Part shown: positions 1 through 8,410 of the stretch, one piece after another
Position numbering within the stretch: position 1 is the stretch's first letter
Layout of the letters: each line of letters opens with the position of its first letter
Origin: a candidate division WOR-3 bacterium
GTDB lineage: Bacteria; Hydrothermota; Hydrothermia; JBDRYB01
DNA length: 11,651 nt
Assembly: GCA_049969615.1 (NCBI GenBank)
Contig: JBMFOM010000067.1
Coordinates: forward strand, 1-11,651
Reading direction: 5' to 3'
Made by a program: the position numbers and the translations under genes
The notes under the pieces: model-generated
The model's input: only the letters and a program-made list of their open reading frames with translations
Database searches by the model: none
What the model was told of the DNA's origin: nothing

Positions 1-167
1 TTTTTGACCAAAACTGACCATTCCAAGAAACCAAACCTTGATTTTATGCGGATCTCAGAACATAGGGGTAGCTAGAAATTGGGTTTTGGTGTCAAACTTG
101 GGTCTAAGTCTTTATGTTTCTCAGGGACCCCAGATTTTGCGGCGTTCGGGTTCCAAAAGTCCAGGTT

Positions 168-1526
168 TTAGTATGCGCCCCTGGCGAGGACGACAGCCTT
201 GAATGTTTTCAGGATTATCACGGTGTCCATCCATAGTGACCAGTTCCTGACGTAATACTCGTCCAGGAGCAGGCGGTTCTTGAAGTCTATCTCGTTCCTG
301 CCGGAAACCTGCCAGAGGCCGGTTATGCCAGGTTTAACCTTCAATATAGTGCTGGCTGGGCCGTTCATCCTCGCGACCTCCCAGGCCATATATGGCCTGG
401 GCCCCACCAGACTCATATCCCCCTTGAGCACATTCAGGAACTGGGGCAATTCGTCCAGGCTGAATTTTCTGAGGAACTTACCCACTCTGGTTATTCGTGG
501 GTCATTGGTTATCTTGGAGTATTCTATCCACTCCTTTCTGGCAGCCTCGTTCGTGGCCAGGTGTTTTTCAAGGCGCTCGTCCGCGTCCTCATACATTGTC
601 CTAAACTTGTAACAGATAAACTCCAGCCCGTCCTTGCCTATTCGTTTGTTCCTGAATATGACAGGGCCGCGGGAATCTATCTTGATCAGAATCGCTATAA
701 TGGGATAAAGAGGAAAGGTAATAATCAAAAAAAGCACCGCGAGAACGGTGTCCAATATTCTCTTCAGGGTTCTCTTGCCGGGCATCAGGAGCCCCTCGGA
801 GTGTTTGAGGAATACCTGGTTCTCAAGGTTCTCTAGCGTCACACTGCTGAGCTTCATGTTTGCCAGGTCTGGAGCGACCAGAATCTCTGGTATGTCAGCC
901 ATCTCAGCGTGTTCAAGTATCTCATTCAGGGTTTCACCACCAAAGTGTTCCATCTGAACAATGAGTGCCTTGGCCCCGTTAAAACCCTCTTCTGGTTTCC
1001 AAGAGTTCATTATCTTTATGACATGATAGCCGAGTGCCCTGTCTCCCTCTACTACCTTTTTGAGCCTGGAGGCGTCCTCTGGGTCAGCAAGCAGGCAAGC
1101 GTTCTTTTGCCAGATGCCAGCCCAGGTCATCAATTTTCTCAGGATGGCCCTAGCTATGGGCAGGAGCAAGAAGCTAACGGGCAGGGCCATTACCATCACT
1201 ATCCTGGAGAGATAGAAGGGTTCGCCCGTCACGAACATCACTGCCATAACCAAGCCGGTGGCTACTAGACCTGCCCTCCAGAGCCTAAGTATCTCCTGCC
1301 AGAAGGGATAACGCTTTGTGTATAGCCCCTCGTATACGAATACCATTGCCCAAAATAGAAGGAGGTAAAATCTCTCCACAAAGAGATAGAATGCCAGTGT
1401 TGGTGGTAGAAAATCAAGAACCTGGCTCATTATGAACTTTCTCAGGGTAAAAGCCAACATGTAGGACAGAATGACAGCAGACATGTCCCCGAGAAACAGC
1501 AGGATGGGCGGGAGGATTCTTTTCAC
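168..1526 (-). CDS. Undecaprenyl-phosphate sugar-1-phosphate transferase (WbaP/WcaJ family priming glycosyltransferase)
   Basis: N-terminal hydrophobic helices, then a Bac_transf domain with YKFRTM, DPRITRVGKFLRKFSLDELPQ, GDMSLVGPRP and KPGITGLWQVSGRN, ending in GAY. GTG start preceded by SD AAGGAG. Confidence 0.93.
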   Translation of the reverse strand: MKRILPPILLFLGDMSAVILSYMLAFTLRKFIMSQVLDFLPPTLAFYLFVERFYLLLFWAMVFVYEGLYTKRYPFWQEILRLWRAGLVATGLVMAVMFVTGEPFYLSRIVMVMALPVSFLLLPIARAILRKLMTWAGIWQKNACLLADPEDASRLKKVVEGDRALGYHVIKIMNSWKPEEGFNGAKALIVQMEHFGGETLNEILEHAEMADIPEILVAPDLANMKLSSVTLENLENQVFLKHSEGLLMPGKRTLKRILDTVLAVLFLIITFPLYPIIAILIKIDSRGPVIFRNKRIGKDGLEFICYKFRTMYEDADERLEKHLATNEAARKEWIEYSKITNDPRITRVGKFLRKFSLDELPQFLNVLKGDMSLVGPRPYMAWEVARMNGPASTILKVKPGITGLWQVSGRNEIDFKNRLLLDEYYVRNWSLWMDTVIILKTFKAVVLARGAY

Positions 1527-1575
1527 GGCTCTACTCCTTTTGGTTGCACATCAGGGCCGGAAACCAGGACTGCGC

Positions 1576-2481
1576 TCATTTCCTCTTCCTCTCCCTTATC
1601 CAGGAAGGTTCTTTTGGCTCTGTGCCGAATATGGAAGTGAACATCATCAGGATGGTTATTGCCGCGAGTCCCTGTGCGAGGAATGGTTGGATGGCTCTGA
1701 GGCCAGAAAGATGCTTGGTAAAAAACTTGTAGAAGGCTTTCATCCTGTGATATTCGGAAAAAAGGTGTATCCTCTTCCTGGAGCCACCGTAAAAGTGGAT
1801 TATCCTGGCGCCTGGATGCAGGTATATCTTCCAGCCCTTACCGTGCAGGCGCCTGCACAGGTCTATATCCTCCGCGTAAAAGAAGAATCTCTCGTCAAAT
1901 CCGCCCACATCCAGGAATGCCTCCCTCCGTAGGAACATGAAGGCGCCTATGAGTGCCTCTACCTCAACCGGGACAGGGGAATGTTCAATACCCGAATATA
2001 GGTATCTTCTCGTGAAAGGGTTGTTAGGTAGAAACCGGTGAAAGATGCTCCTCCTACCGAACAGAATATATCCCAGGGTTATAAAACGCCTCGCAACAGG
2101 TTGGTGTTCACCTGTAGTATAGAATGCCTGGGGAGAAACACCCGCCGCGTCCGGGTTTTCTTCCATGAACCTGTATAGTTTTGTTATGGTGCCTGAATAG
2201 ACAAGGGTATCGGGGTTAACCAGGACGATATATTTGCCCCGCGCCTGTCGGACTCCATAGTTCGCGGCTTTGGCAAAACCCAGGTTCTCCTCGGAGATGA
2301 GTAGCCTAACCTTAGGCCAAACAGAAATTATCCGCAGGGGAAGGCCCTCCTTTGAGGCATTGTCTATGACTATGATCTCATATGGAACTGGCACAGAATC
2401 GTCTATAATGGAGTGCAGAGACCTCAGGAGGTAATCCTCTGAGTCGTAGTTCACAAATAGAAAACTTATCTCAGGTTTCAC
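1576..2481 (-). CDS. Family 2 glycosyltransferase (WbbL/rhamnosyltransferase-like)
   Basis: IIVIDNAS, NLGFAKAAN, VNPD, GAFMFLRREAF and GGFDERFFFYAEDIDLC. GTG start with SD GGAGG, overlapping the upstream stop by 11 nt. Confidence 0.88.
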   Translation of the reverse strand: MKPEISFLFVNYDSEDYLLRSLHSIIDDSVPVPYEIIVIDNASKEGLPLRIISVWPKVRLLISEENLGFAKAANYGVRQARGKYIVLVNPDTLVYSGTITKLYRFMEENPDAAGVSPQAFYTTGEHQPVARRFITLGYILFGRRSIFHRFLPNNPFTRRYLYSGIEHSPVPVEVEALIGAFMFLRREAFLDVGGFDERFFFYAEDIDLCRRLHGKGWKIYLHPGARIIHFYGGSRKRIHLFSEYHRMKAFYKFFTKHLSGLRAIQPFLAQGLAAITILMMFTSIFGTEPKEPSWIRERKRK

Positions 2482-3547
2482 TTATAGCCTCCACTATCAA
2501 ACGCCCGGCAAGCCCGCATCCAAATGCCATTGGCTCCGGCACCACAGGAGGATTTTCAATTATAAACTTTATCGCTTCGGCCAATCCACAACCGCATGGC
2601 GCGAGCCGGTTCGCGCCACCCTCAAGGGTCTCTGGCCATTCTGTCCTGTCGCGAATAGTTATACAGGGCTTTCTGGCGAAGAGGGCCTCCTTTTGCAGGC
2701 CGCCGGAATCCGTCATAACAATCTGACAATTCAAGAGCAAGGAAAGGTTACGAAGGTATCCCACCGGGGGAATCGTCCGGATATTTCCGGGCTGGGACAA
2801 GTATCCTTGCAGACCATACTCCTCCACTCTTTTGAGTGTTCGTGGGTGAATCGGGAAAACCACCGGCATTATCTCCGAGGCCTCTCTCATGCCCTCAAGG
2901 ATTGATTTCAGGACATCGGCTTGGTCAACATTCTCAGCCCTGTGTAGGGTGGCCAAAATATAAGGTTTCTCAATGCCGGCTTCCCGGTAGGCTATCATCT
3001 CGGATGCCTTTGGAGAGAATGTCAGGAAAGCATCCAGCATCACATCACCAGTGAGCCTCGCCCTCGCGCCAATCCCTTCTTTTTCAAGGTTGGCCACAGC
3101 GTTGACAGTGGGCGCAAAAAGAAGGTGGCAGACCCTGTCAGCCACCTTGCGAGAAACTTCCTCCAGCATCCGGCGGTCACAGGATCTGAGCCCAGCCTCC
3201 ACATGTCCTGTTCTTACCCTGAGTTTGGACGCGGCAATCGCTCCCGCCAGGGTTGTCGTGGTATCACCATAGACCAGAACACAATCTGGGGATGCCCGGA
3301 CTATCTCTTTTTCAATGGCCTCAATCATCCTCACGACCTGCTGGGACGGCTCACCTGGACTTATGCCTAGATGGGTATCCGGCCCCGGCAGTCCCATATC
3401 AAAGAACAGGTCATCAGACATCTCAGGGTCATAGTGTTGACCAGTATGAATGACCATATGCTTGTAGCCTTTCATCATCAAGGCATCATGAACTGGCTTG
3501 AGCTTTATAAATTGGGGCCTTGCGCCCACGATTGAGATCACCCTCAT
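2471..3547 (-). CDS. wecB: UDP-N-acetylglucosamine 2-epimerase (non-hydrolysing), WecB/WbpI-like
   Basis: GARPQFIK, HTGQHYD, YGDT, HVEAGLRS, TLHRAEN, TDSGGLQKEA and RDRTEWPE motifs. SD GAGGA. Confidence 0.9.
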   Translation of the reverse strand: MRVISIVGARPQFIKLKPVHDALMMKGYKHMVIHTGQHYDPEMSDDLFFDMGLPGPDTHLGISPGEPSQQVVRMIEAIEKEIVRASPDCVLVYGDTTTTLAGAIAASKLRVRTGHVEAGLRSCDRRMLEEVSRKVADRVCHLLFAPTVNAVANLEKEGIGARARLTGDVMLDAFLTFSPKASEMIAYREAGIEKPYILATLHRAENVDQADVLKSILEGMREASEIMPVVFPIHPRTLKRVEEYGLQGYLSQPGNIRTIPPVGYLRNLSLLLNCQIVMTDSGGLQKEALFARKPCITIRDRTEWPETLEGGANRLAPCGCGLAEAIKFIIENPPVVPEPMAFGCGLAGRLIVEAISET

Positions 3548-3598
3548 GGGACCATCCTCTGCACAGGTAGAATCCCTTTCCGGAGATAAATCCCTGGC

Positions 3599-4573
3599 CT
3601 AGTCCTTCTGCAGATATTGCTCATACCATCTCACGGTTATCATCAAACCTTCTCTAAGACTGAACTCAGGCCTATAGCCAATCTCTTGGCCTATCTTTTG
3701 TAGGGAGGCCCTTGAATGCAGAACATCCCCCGGTCTCGGTTCCGCGAAGACCGGCTCCACCCTCCTTCCTGAGACCTCGTATATAACCTCAAGGAGCTCA
3801 AGCAGGGTGGTCTGGCTGTCCCTCGCCACATTGTAGACCGAGAAGCCCCTGACCCTCTCCAGCGAGAGCAGTGTTGCCCGAACAGCGTCCCCGACAAATG
3901 TGAAATCCCTGGACTGAAGACCATCACCAAATATGACAGGAGACTCGTCCCTGAGTATCCTGGATACAAAAGCCGGAATAGCGGCCGCATATCCTGATGA
4001 AGGGTCCTGCCTGGGGCCAAAAACATTGAAATATCTGAGAAACGCCATGTTGAGGTCTGGATAAAGCCCAACGAACATTTGGCCGAATATCTCACACGCG
4101 TATTTGGAGACTCCGTAGGGGGATTGAGGCGTGGGGGTCATGTCCTCGGACTTGGGTAGGGTTGGCGTGTCTCCATAGACGGCTGAGCTTGAAGCACAAA
4201 CGAACCTTTTTATACCTGCTCTTCTTCCCTCCTCCAGGATGTTTATGGTGCCCACATAGTTAACATAAGAGGTTACGGCTGGATCCTCAACTGACCTGGG
4301 GACAGCGGGTATTGCCGCAAGGTGAATTATCCCGCTGAGACCATCAAGGCATTCTTTGACTGCATCCGGGTCCCGAATATCCCCCATTACCAGCCTGAAT
4401 CTGGGCACGGGGTCAATCCCCTCTCCCGCGAGGGTCTTTAGGATGTCATCCAGGTTCTCCTTTTTGCCTGTGGAAAAGTTGTCCAGGACAACAACCTCAT
4501 CGCCCCTTCTGAGGAGCGCTTCCACCGTATGTGAGCCTATGAAACCAGCACCACCTGTCACCAGAACACGCAT
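3599..4573 (-). CDS. Extended SDR NAD-dependent epimerase, WbpP/TviC-like UDP-GlcNAc(A) 4-epimerase (start revised to ATG at 4573)
   Basis: MRVLVTGGAGFIGSH Rossmann start, SSSAVYG, catalytic YGVSK and LRYFNVFGPRQDP. The 29 extra N-terminal residues in the ORF track span a TATAAT box and look non-coding. Confidence 0.85.
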   Translation of the reverse strand: MRVLVTGGAGFIGSHTVEALLRRGDEVVVLDNFSTGKKENLDDILKTLAGEGIDPVPRFRLVMGDIRDPDAVKECLDGLSGIIHLAAIPAVPRSVEDPAVTSYVNYVGTINILEEGRRAGIKRFVCASSSAVYGDTPTLPKSEDMTPTPQSPYGVSKYACEIFGQMFVGLYPDLNMAFLRYFNVFGPRQDPSSGYAAAIPAFVSRILRDESPVIFGDGLQSRDFTFVGDAVRATLLSLERVRGFSVYNVARDSQTTLLELLEVIYEVSGRRVEPVFAEPRPGDVLHSRASLQKIGQEIGYRPEFSLREGLMITVRWYEQYLQKD

Positions 4574-4579
4574 AGCGAA

Positions 4580-4585
4580 ATTATA
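4580..4585 (-). promoter_or_regulatory. -10 box (TATAAT) 6 nt upstream of the epimerase ATG; probable leaderless promoter
   Basis: Minus strand reads TATAAT-ttcgct-ATG with no SD and no clear -35. Confidence 0.6.
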
Positions 4586-4688
4586 ACCCATCCCCCGCGC
4601 AGGATCATGCACGTGAGTATTTGGGAAGTCTTTTCCCTTGGGCTGAGTTGCGACCAGCAAAAATGGGCAACGGCAGCCATCTCTACAT

Positions 4689-4694
4689 TATAAT
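4689..4694 (+). promoter_or_regulatory. -10 box (TATAAT) 9 nt upstream of the dehydratase ATG
   Basis: TATAAT-ttcacacct-ATG with no SD. Divergent partner of the 4580-4585 box. Confidence 0.55.
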
Positions 4695-4703
4695 TTCACA
4701 CCT

Positions 4704-5945
4704 ATGAGCTTTTGGAAAAACAAAAAGGTGTTGATAACCGGAATCTCCGGTTTTGCCGGCTCATATCTAGCAAAGGAGCTGGTGATGGAAGGCGCCGAGG
4801 TCTACGGCCTCCTCCGTTTCAGGGCAGACAGGGTCTATCCGAAGAACCTGGCAGACAAATCCTTGCTTGATGCTGTAAGGCTCAATGAGGGCGACATAAC
4901 CGATCTCTACTCCCTGCTCTCGGTTATGGACAGAACAAAGCCAGATGTCATATTTCACCTGGCCGCACAGTCTTTCGTCCATAGGTCTTTTATCTATTGC
5001 TCCGAGACCGTTAGCATAAACTCCCTTGGCACTGCAAATGTGCTTGAGGCAGTCAGAATGAAAGCACCAGAGGCGAGACTTGTTTTTGCGGGATCCTCTG
5101 AGGAATACGGTATGGTTTTCTATTCCGAGGAGCAGTATAGGAATGTTACAGCGGCCCGGAGCTATTTTCCCGAACCCATGAGCATCCCAGAGGTTCCAAT
5201 AAAGGAGACCAACCCCCTCCGGCCCCTTTCCCCATATGCGGTTAGCAAGGTCCACGGCGATTTCCTTTGTAGGCAGTATCACATAACCAACGGTATGGGC
5301 ACAGTCGTGTCCAGGGCATTCAACCACGAGGGCGCGGGCAGGGGCGGGCACTTCGTAACCTCTGTCGTCGCGTCATCCATAGCTAGGCTTCTGCGGGAGG
5401 AAACCGACACGATCAGGATAGGTAATGTCTGTGCTTTTAGGGATTGGTCGCATGTCTCGGATATTGTCAGGGGATACATGCTCCTGGCGGAAAAGGGGAC
5501 CCCCGGCCAGGTCTATAATCAGGGTTCGGGCAGGACGAATTCTGTCCTCTCCCTCATCCTGTTAGGGCTCAACGAGGCTGGCTACAAAGTGCACAGGATG
5601 AGAACCACAAAGGGTACTAAATCCATGGACGAGCCTGGCGAGATGAAGACCATATCCGCTTTTGGCATTGAGTTCCCGGGAACCAGGGCGGACGAGGCAA
5701 TACTCTTTGGGGGCCTTGATTTTGTTCCTGAGGACGAGGGTCTCGTGCTGGAAACCGAACAGGGCGAAATAAGAGTTGAGTTTGACCCTGACAGGATGCG
5801 GCCATCAGATGTCCCGATCCTGCTCTGCGACGCGAGCAAGGCAAAGGCTCTTGGTTTCAAGGTGACAAAGACCCTCTCCGAGATAATCAAGGACCAGATA
5901 AACTACTTCCTTGCGCCGGAGAACATAGAGGCGTTCCTAAGGTAA
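4704..5945 (+). CDS. gmd: GDP-mannose 4,6-dehydratase family extended SDR (long form with two insertions; GMD/RMD-like)
   Basis: ITGISGFAGSYLA, HLAAQSFV, AGSSEEYG, SPYAVSK, FNHEG, RDWSH and C-terminal RPSDVPILLCDASKA. Confidence 0.78.
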   Translation: MSFWKNKKVLITGISGFAGSYLAKELVMEGAEVYGLLRFRADRVYPKNLADKSLLDAVRLNEGDITDLYSLLSVMDRTKPDVIFHLAAQSFVHRSFIYCSETVSINSLGTANVLEAVRMKAPEARLVFAGSSEEYGMVFYSEEQYRNVTAARSYFPEPMSIPEVPIKETNPLRPLSPYAVSKVHGDFLCRQYHITNGMGTVVSRAFNHEGAGRGGHFVTSVVASSIARLLREETDTIRIGNVCAFRDWSHVSDIVRGYMLLAEKGTPGQVYNQGSGRTNSVLSLILLGLNEAGYKVHRMRTTKGTKSMDEPGEMKTISAFGIEFPGTRADEAILFGGLDFVPEDEGLVLETEQGEIRVEFDPDRMRPSDVPILLCDASKAKALGFKVTKTLSEIIKDQINYFLAPENIEAFLR

Positions 5946-5948
5946 GCC

Positions 5949-7169
5949 CTATTTCACGACCCCGACTTGGTTGCCCAGAGATGACCTGAGGTAATAGATT
6001 CCGGGATCCAGGCGCACCTCGGCCCGACCGTTAACCAGCACCCGGGCGATGAGGCGACCATCGGCTCCGTATATCTGCACCGGTAGTCCGTCTCTTGTGG
6101 ACAGGATACCTATTCCCCCTTTTATCGGGGTCACAAAGAAGATTTCCTCTTGTTGGTCCGTATCCTCTCCTACTGCCAGAGGAGGCCTGTCCGTGGTTAT
6201 TGTTACCGCCGAGGCCGGAGCATACCAGGGTTCTGATCTTGGTATGTTGCTTACATATTGCCAGCTCATGCCCCTATCAGATGATCTGTATGTAGCGCAC
6301 TGTCGCGAAGCATCCCAGAACACCGCAAAAAGCAAGCCATACTGAGAGGTCATAGCGCAACAGCCATCATTAGAGGCGTAGCTGTTTATCACCGTGGAAA
6401 CATACTGCCAGCTAACTCCAAGATCGGTGGAACGATAAACCTTTGCTGGACATTGAGTGCCCCAGGTCAAAGCAAAGAGGTCAGGTTGTAAATAAGCAAT
6501 CGCCACCGAACGCGCGCTCCAACTGATTCCGTTCTGTGTGCTTATATTGCTGGATGACCAGCTCAGACCACCATTGGTGCTCCTGTAGCAGACCGGGTAA
6601 TTGCTGAACCAGTCAACTATCCAGAGAATTCCTCCCGGACCAACAAGCATTTCGCCCTCGAGATCTGTTCCGCTACCAGCTGGCAAGGTGCTCCTCTGGG
6701 CCCATGTGTAACCCCCGTCCGTGGACTCCTGAATGGTTATGTCATAGGGATTTTCCCTAAAGAAATAGCAGAACAGGCTATTCCTAAAAGGGTCATAAAC
6801 CATGCCAGCCGTAGCGTAGTCATAAGTACTGTAGGTGTAAGAAACCCCGAAATTCTTTGTGGATTGCCATGTGTAGCCGCCATCAGTTGACCTGAATGCC
6901 TCGGTGCCGACAAACGCGGTGTGCTCGTAGTAGTGGCAGAGGGCGATGAGATAGAGGTATCCCGTGTTCACATCGTAGGTTATACCGAGGCCAAAGTCAG
7001 AGGTTATGTAGCCAGTGCCGTTATGTCCCACATTAGCCAGGAATTCCCAAGTGTCAGCGTTATCCGTGGACCGATATACCTGGATGAAGTGCGCGGTATC
7101 ACTCCAGAAGTCTGAAGTGTTCCACCTGGCTAGATACAGAGTAGCCGAGAGCAAAAATACTAAAAACAT
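5949..7169 (-). CDS. Secreted BNR/Asp-box repeat beta-propeller protein with putative T9SS-type C-terminal sorting domain
   Basis: Six Asp boxes (RSTDNADTW, RSTDGGYTW, ESTDGGYTW, RSTNGGLSW, RSTDLGVSW, RSSDRGMSW), a short hydrophobic N-terminus, and a C-terminal VQIYGADGRLI...LDPGIYYLR...VVK. Perfect SD AAGGAGGT at 7176-7183. Confidence 0.78.
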   Translation of the reverse strand: MFLVFLLSATLYLARWNTSDFWSDTAHFIQVYRSTDNADTWEFLANVGHNGTGYITSDFGLGITYDVNTGYLYLIALCHYYEHTAFVGTEAFRSTDGGYTWQSTKNFGVSYTYSTYDYATAGMVYDPFRNSLFCYFFRENPYDITIQESTDGGYTWAQRSTLPAGSGTDLEGEMLVGPGGILWIVDWFSNYPVCYRSTNGGLSWSSSNISTQNGISWSARSVAIAYLQPDLFALTWGTQCPAKVYRSTDLGVSWQYVSTVINSYASNDGCCAMTSQYGLLFAVFWDASRQCATYRSSDRGMSWQYVSNIPRSEPWYAPASAVTITTDRPPLAVGEDTDQQEEIFFVTPIKGGIGILSTRDGLPVQIYGADGRLIARVLVNGRAEVRLDPGIYYLRSSLGNQVGVVK

Positions 7170-7198
7170 CCAAACACCTCCTTATGATCAGAGTTGAT

Positions 7199-7227
7199 AT
7201 TATAACAGATTTACCCCGGATGATCAA
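7199..7227 (-). promoter_or_regulatory. Sigma70-type promoter for the Asp-box gene
   Basis: TTGATC (7222-7227), 17-nt spacer ending TGT, then TATAAT (7199-7204). The -35 lies inside the 3' end of the upstream GT4 gene. Confidence 0.65.
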
Positions 7228-8410
7228 GGACCTCCTCGTAGAGCTCAATGAGTCGCCCGTTCGTTGCAACTGGGCCGAAGTCCCTATCCAACCTGTTAAG
7301 AGCCGCGATGGCGACCTTTTTCCTTTCGTCGGGTGAGTTCAGGAGCCTGGCCAGGACAGCAGAAAGGGCCTCAGAATCCTTCTCCGGCACAAGGAAGCCT
7401 GTCTCTCTATCAACTATCAGGTCAGTTATGCCCCCGACGGCTGAGGCCACTGTCGGCAGTCCCGCCCGCATGGCCTCCAGGATGACAACGCCCTGGCCCT
7501 CGGTGTCCCCCCTTGAATCAACTATGGCAGGCAGGACAAACACGGTTGCCATCGCATATTCCCTGGCCTTTTCCTCCTCACTAACAGAACCCAGGAAATC
7601 CACGCTATCCTGGATGCCAAGGGCCTCTGCCTCATCCCTCAGATTCTTTTCCTCGGGTCCGGTTCCGACCACCACGAGTCTTACATCAGGGTGCAGGCCT
7701 CTCAGAATCCTCACGGCCCTCAAAAGGTATGCCACTCCTTTTCTCTCCACGAGCCTCCCCACAAAGAGGAGCCTTTTCTCCTCCCTTTTTACCCCCGGCA
7801 GTTCAACCGGCTCCCCTGCTGGCATGAATGGTATGACAACGGCCCTTGAACCACAGGGAAGCTTGAAGGTTTTGCTGAATCGCGAGAGGCCGTATCTGGT
7901 GAGAAAGGTGATGGCACGGGCCCGGTTCACAAGAGCCTGAAACACGCCTCTCAGGAATCCAAATTTTTCCGCGAGGACAATCTCAGCGGTGTAAAAGGTG
8001 TATATCTTGGGAATCCTGAATGGCAGGGCCAGGAGCGCCAGGGGAAAGGGCCAGTGGACATGGACGAGGTCGTATTTCCTCTTTCCAGCTAATTTCATGG
8101 CCTTGATGAGGCCACCCAGCAGAAAGGGGACAATCATTATTTTCGGGCCGAGGCCCTGTTTCAGCTTCTCGGGTATCGCCATGTCGTGGCTCAGCGTCTC
8201 CCACCGGGCCGGCGCATAGCGCCAGCGGTGAACGCGAATGCCCCAAAGCTCTCCATCACTCATCCCTTTGTAGCTTGAAGCCAGAACCTCGGCCTCAACA
8301 CCGCGTTTCATTAGCTCCCGGATCAGTGTCCAGAGCCAAGGGGTTATAACATCTCCCTCGTGGCGTGGAAACGCTGTGACAATGTAGAGGACTCGGATTC
8401 GCTCCCTCAA
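7211..8410 (-). CDS. Family 4 glycosyltransferase (GT-B, retaining)
   Basis: HVHWPFP, LFVGRLVERKG and TEGQGVVILEAM (EX7E motif). TTG start overlaps the upstream TGA (TTGA), suggesting translational coupling. Confidence 0.88.
   Translation of the reverse strand: MRERIRVLYIVTAFPRHEGDVITPWLWTLIRELMKRGVEAEVLASSYKGMSDGELWGIRVHRWRYAPARWETLSHDMAIPEKLKQGLGPKIMIVPFLLGGLIKAMKLAGKRKYDLVHVHWPFPLALLALPFRIPKIYTFYTAEIVLAEKFGFLRGVFQALVNRARAITFLTRYGLSRFSKTFKLPCGSRAVVIPFMPAGEPVELPGVKREEKRLLFVGRLVERKGVAYLLRAVRILRGLHPDVRLVVVGTGPEEKNLRDEAEALGIQDSVDFLGSVSEEEKAREYAMATVFVLPAIVDSRGDTEGQGVVILEAMRAGLPTVASAVGGITDLIVDRETGFLVPEKDSEALSAVLARLLNSPDERKKVAIAALNRLDRDFGPVATNGRLIELYEEVLDHPG

Noticed and set aside
5949..7169. Calling the Asp-box protein a sialidase
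   Set aside because: Asp boxes are structural and widespread, and no RIP motif or arginine triad was recognisable.
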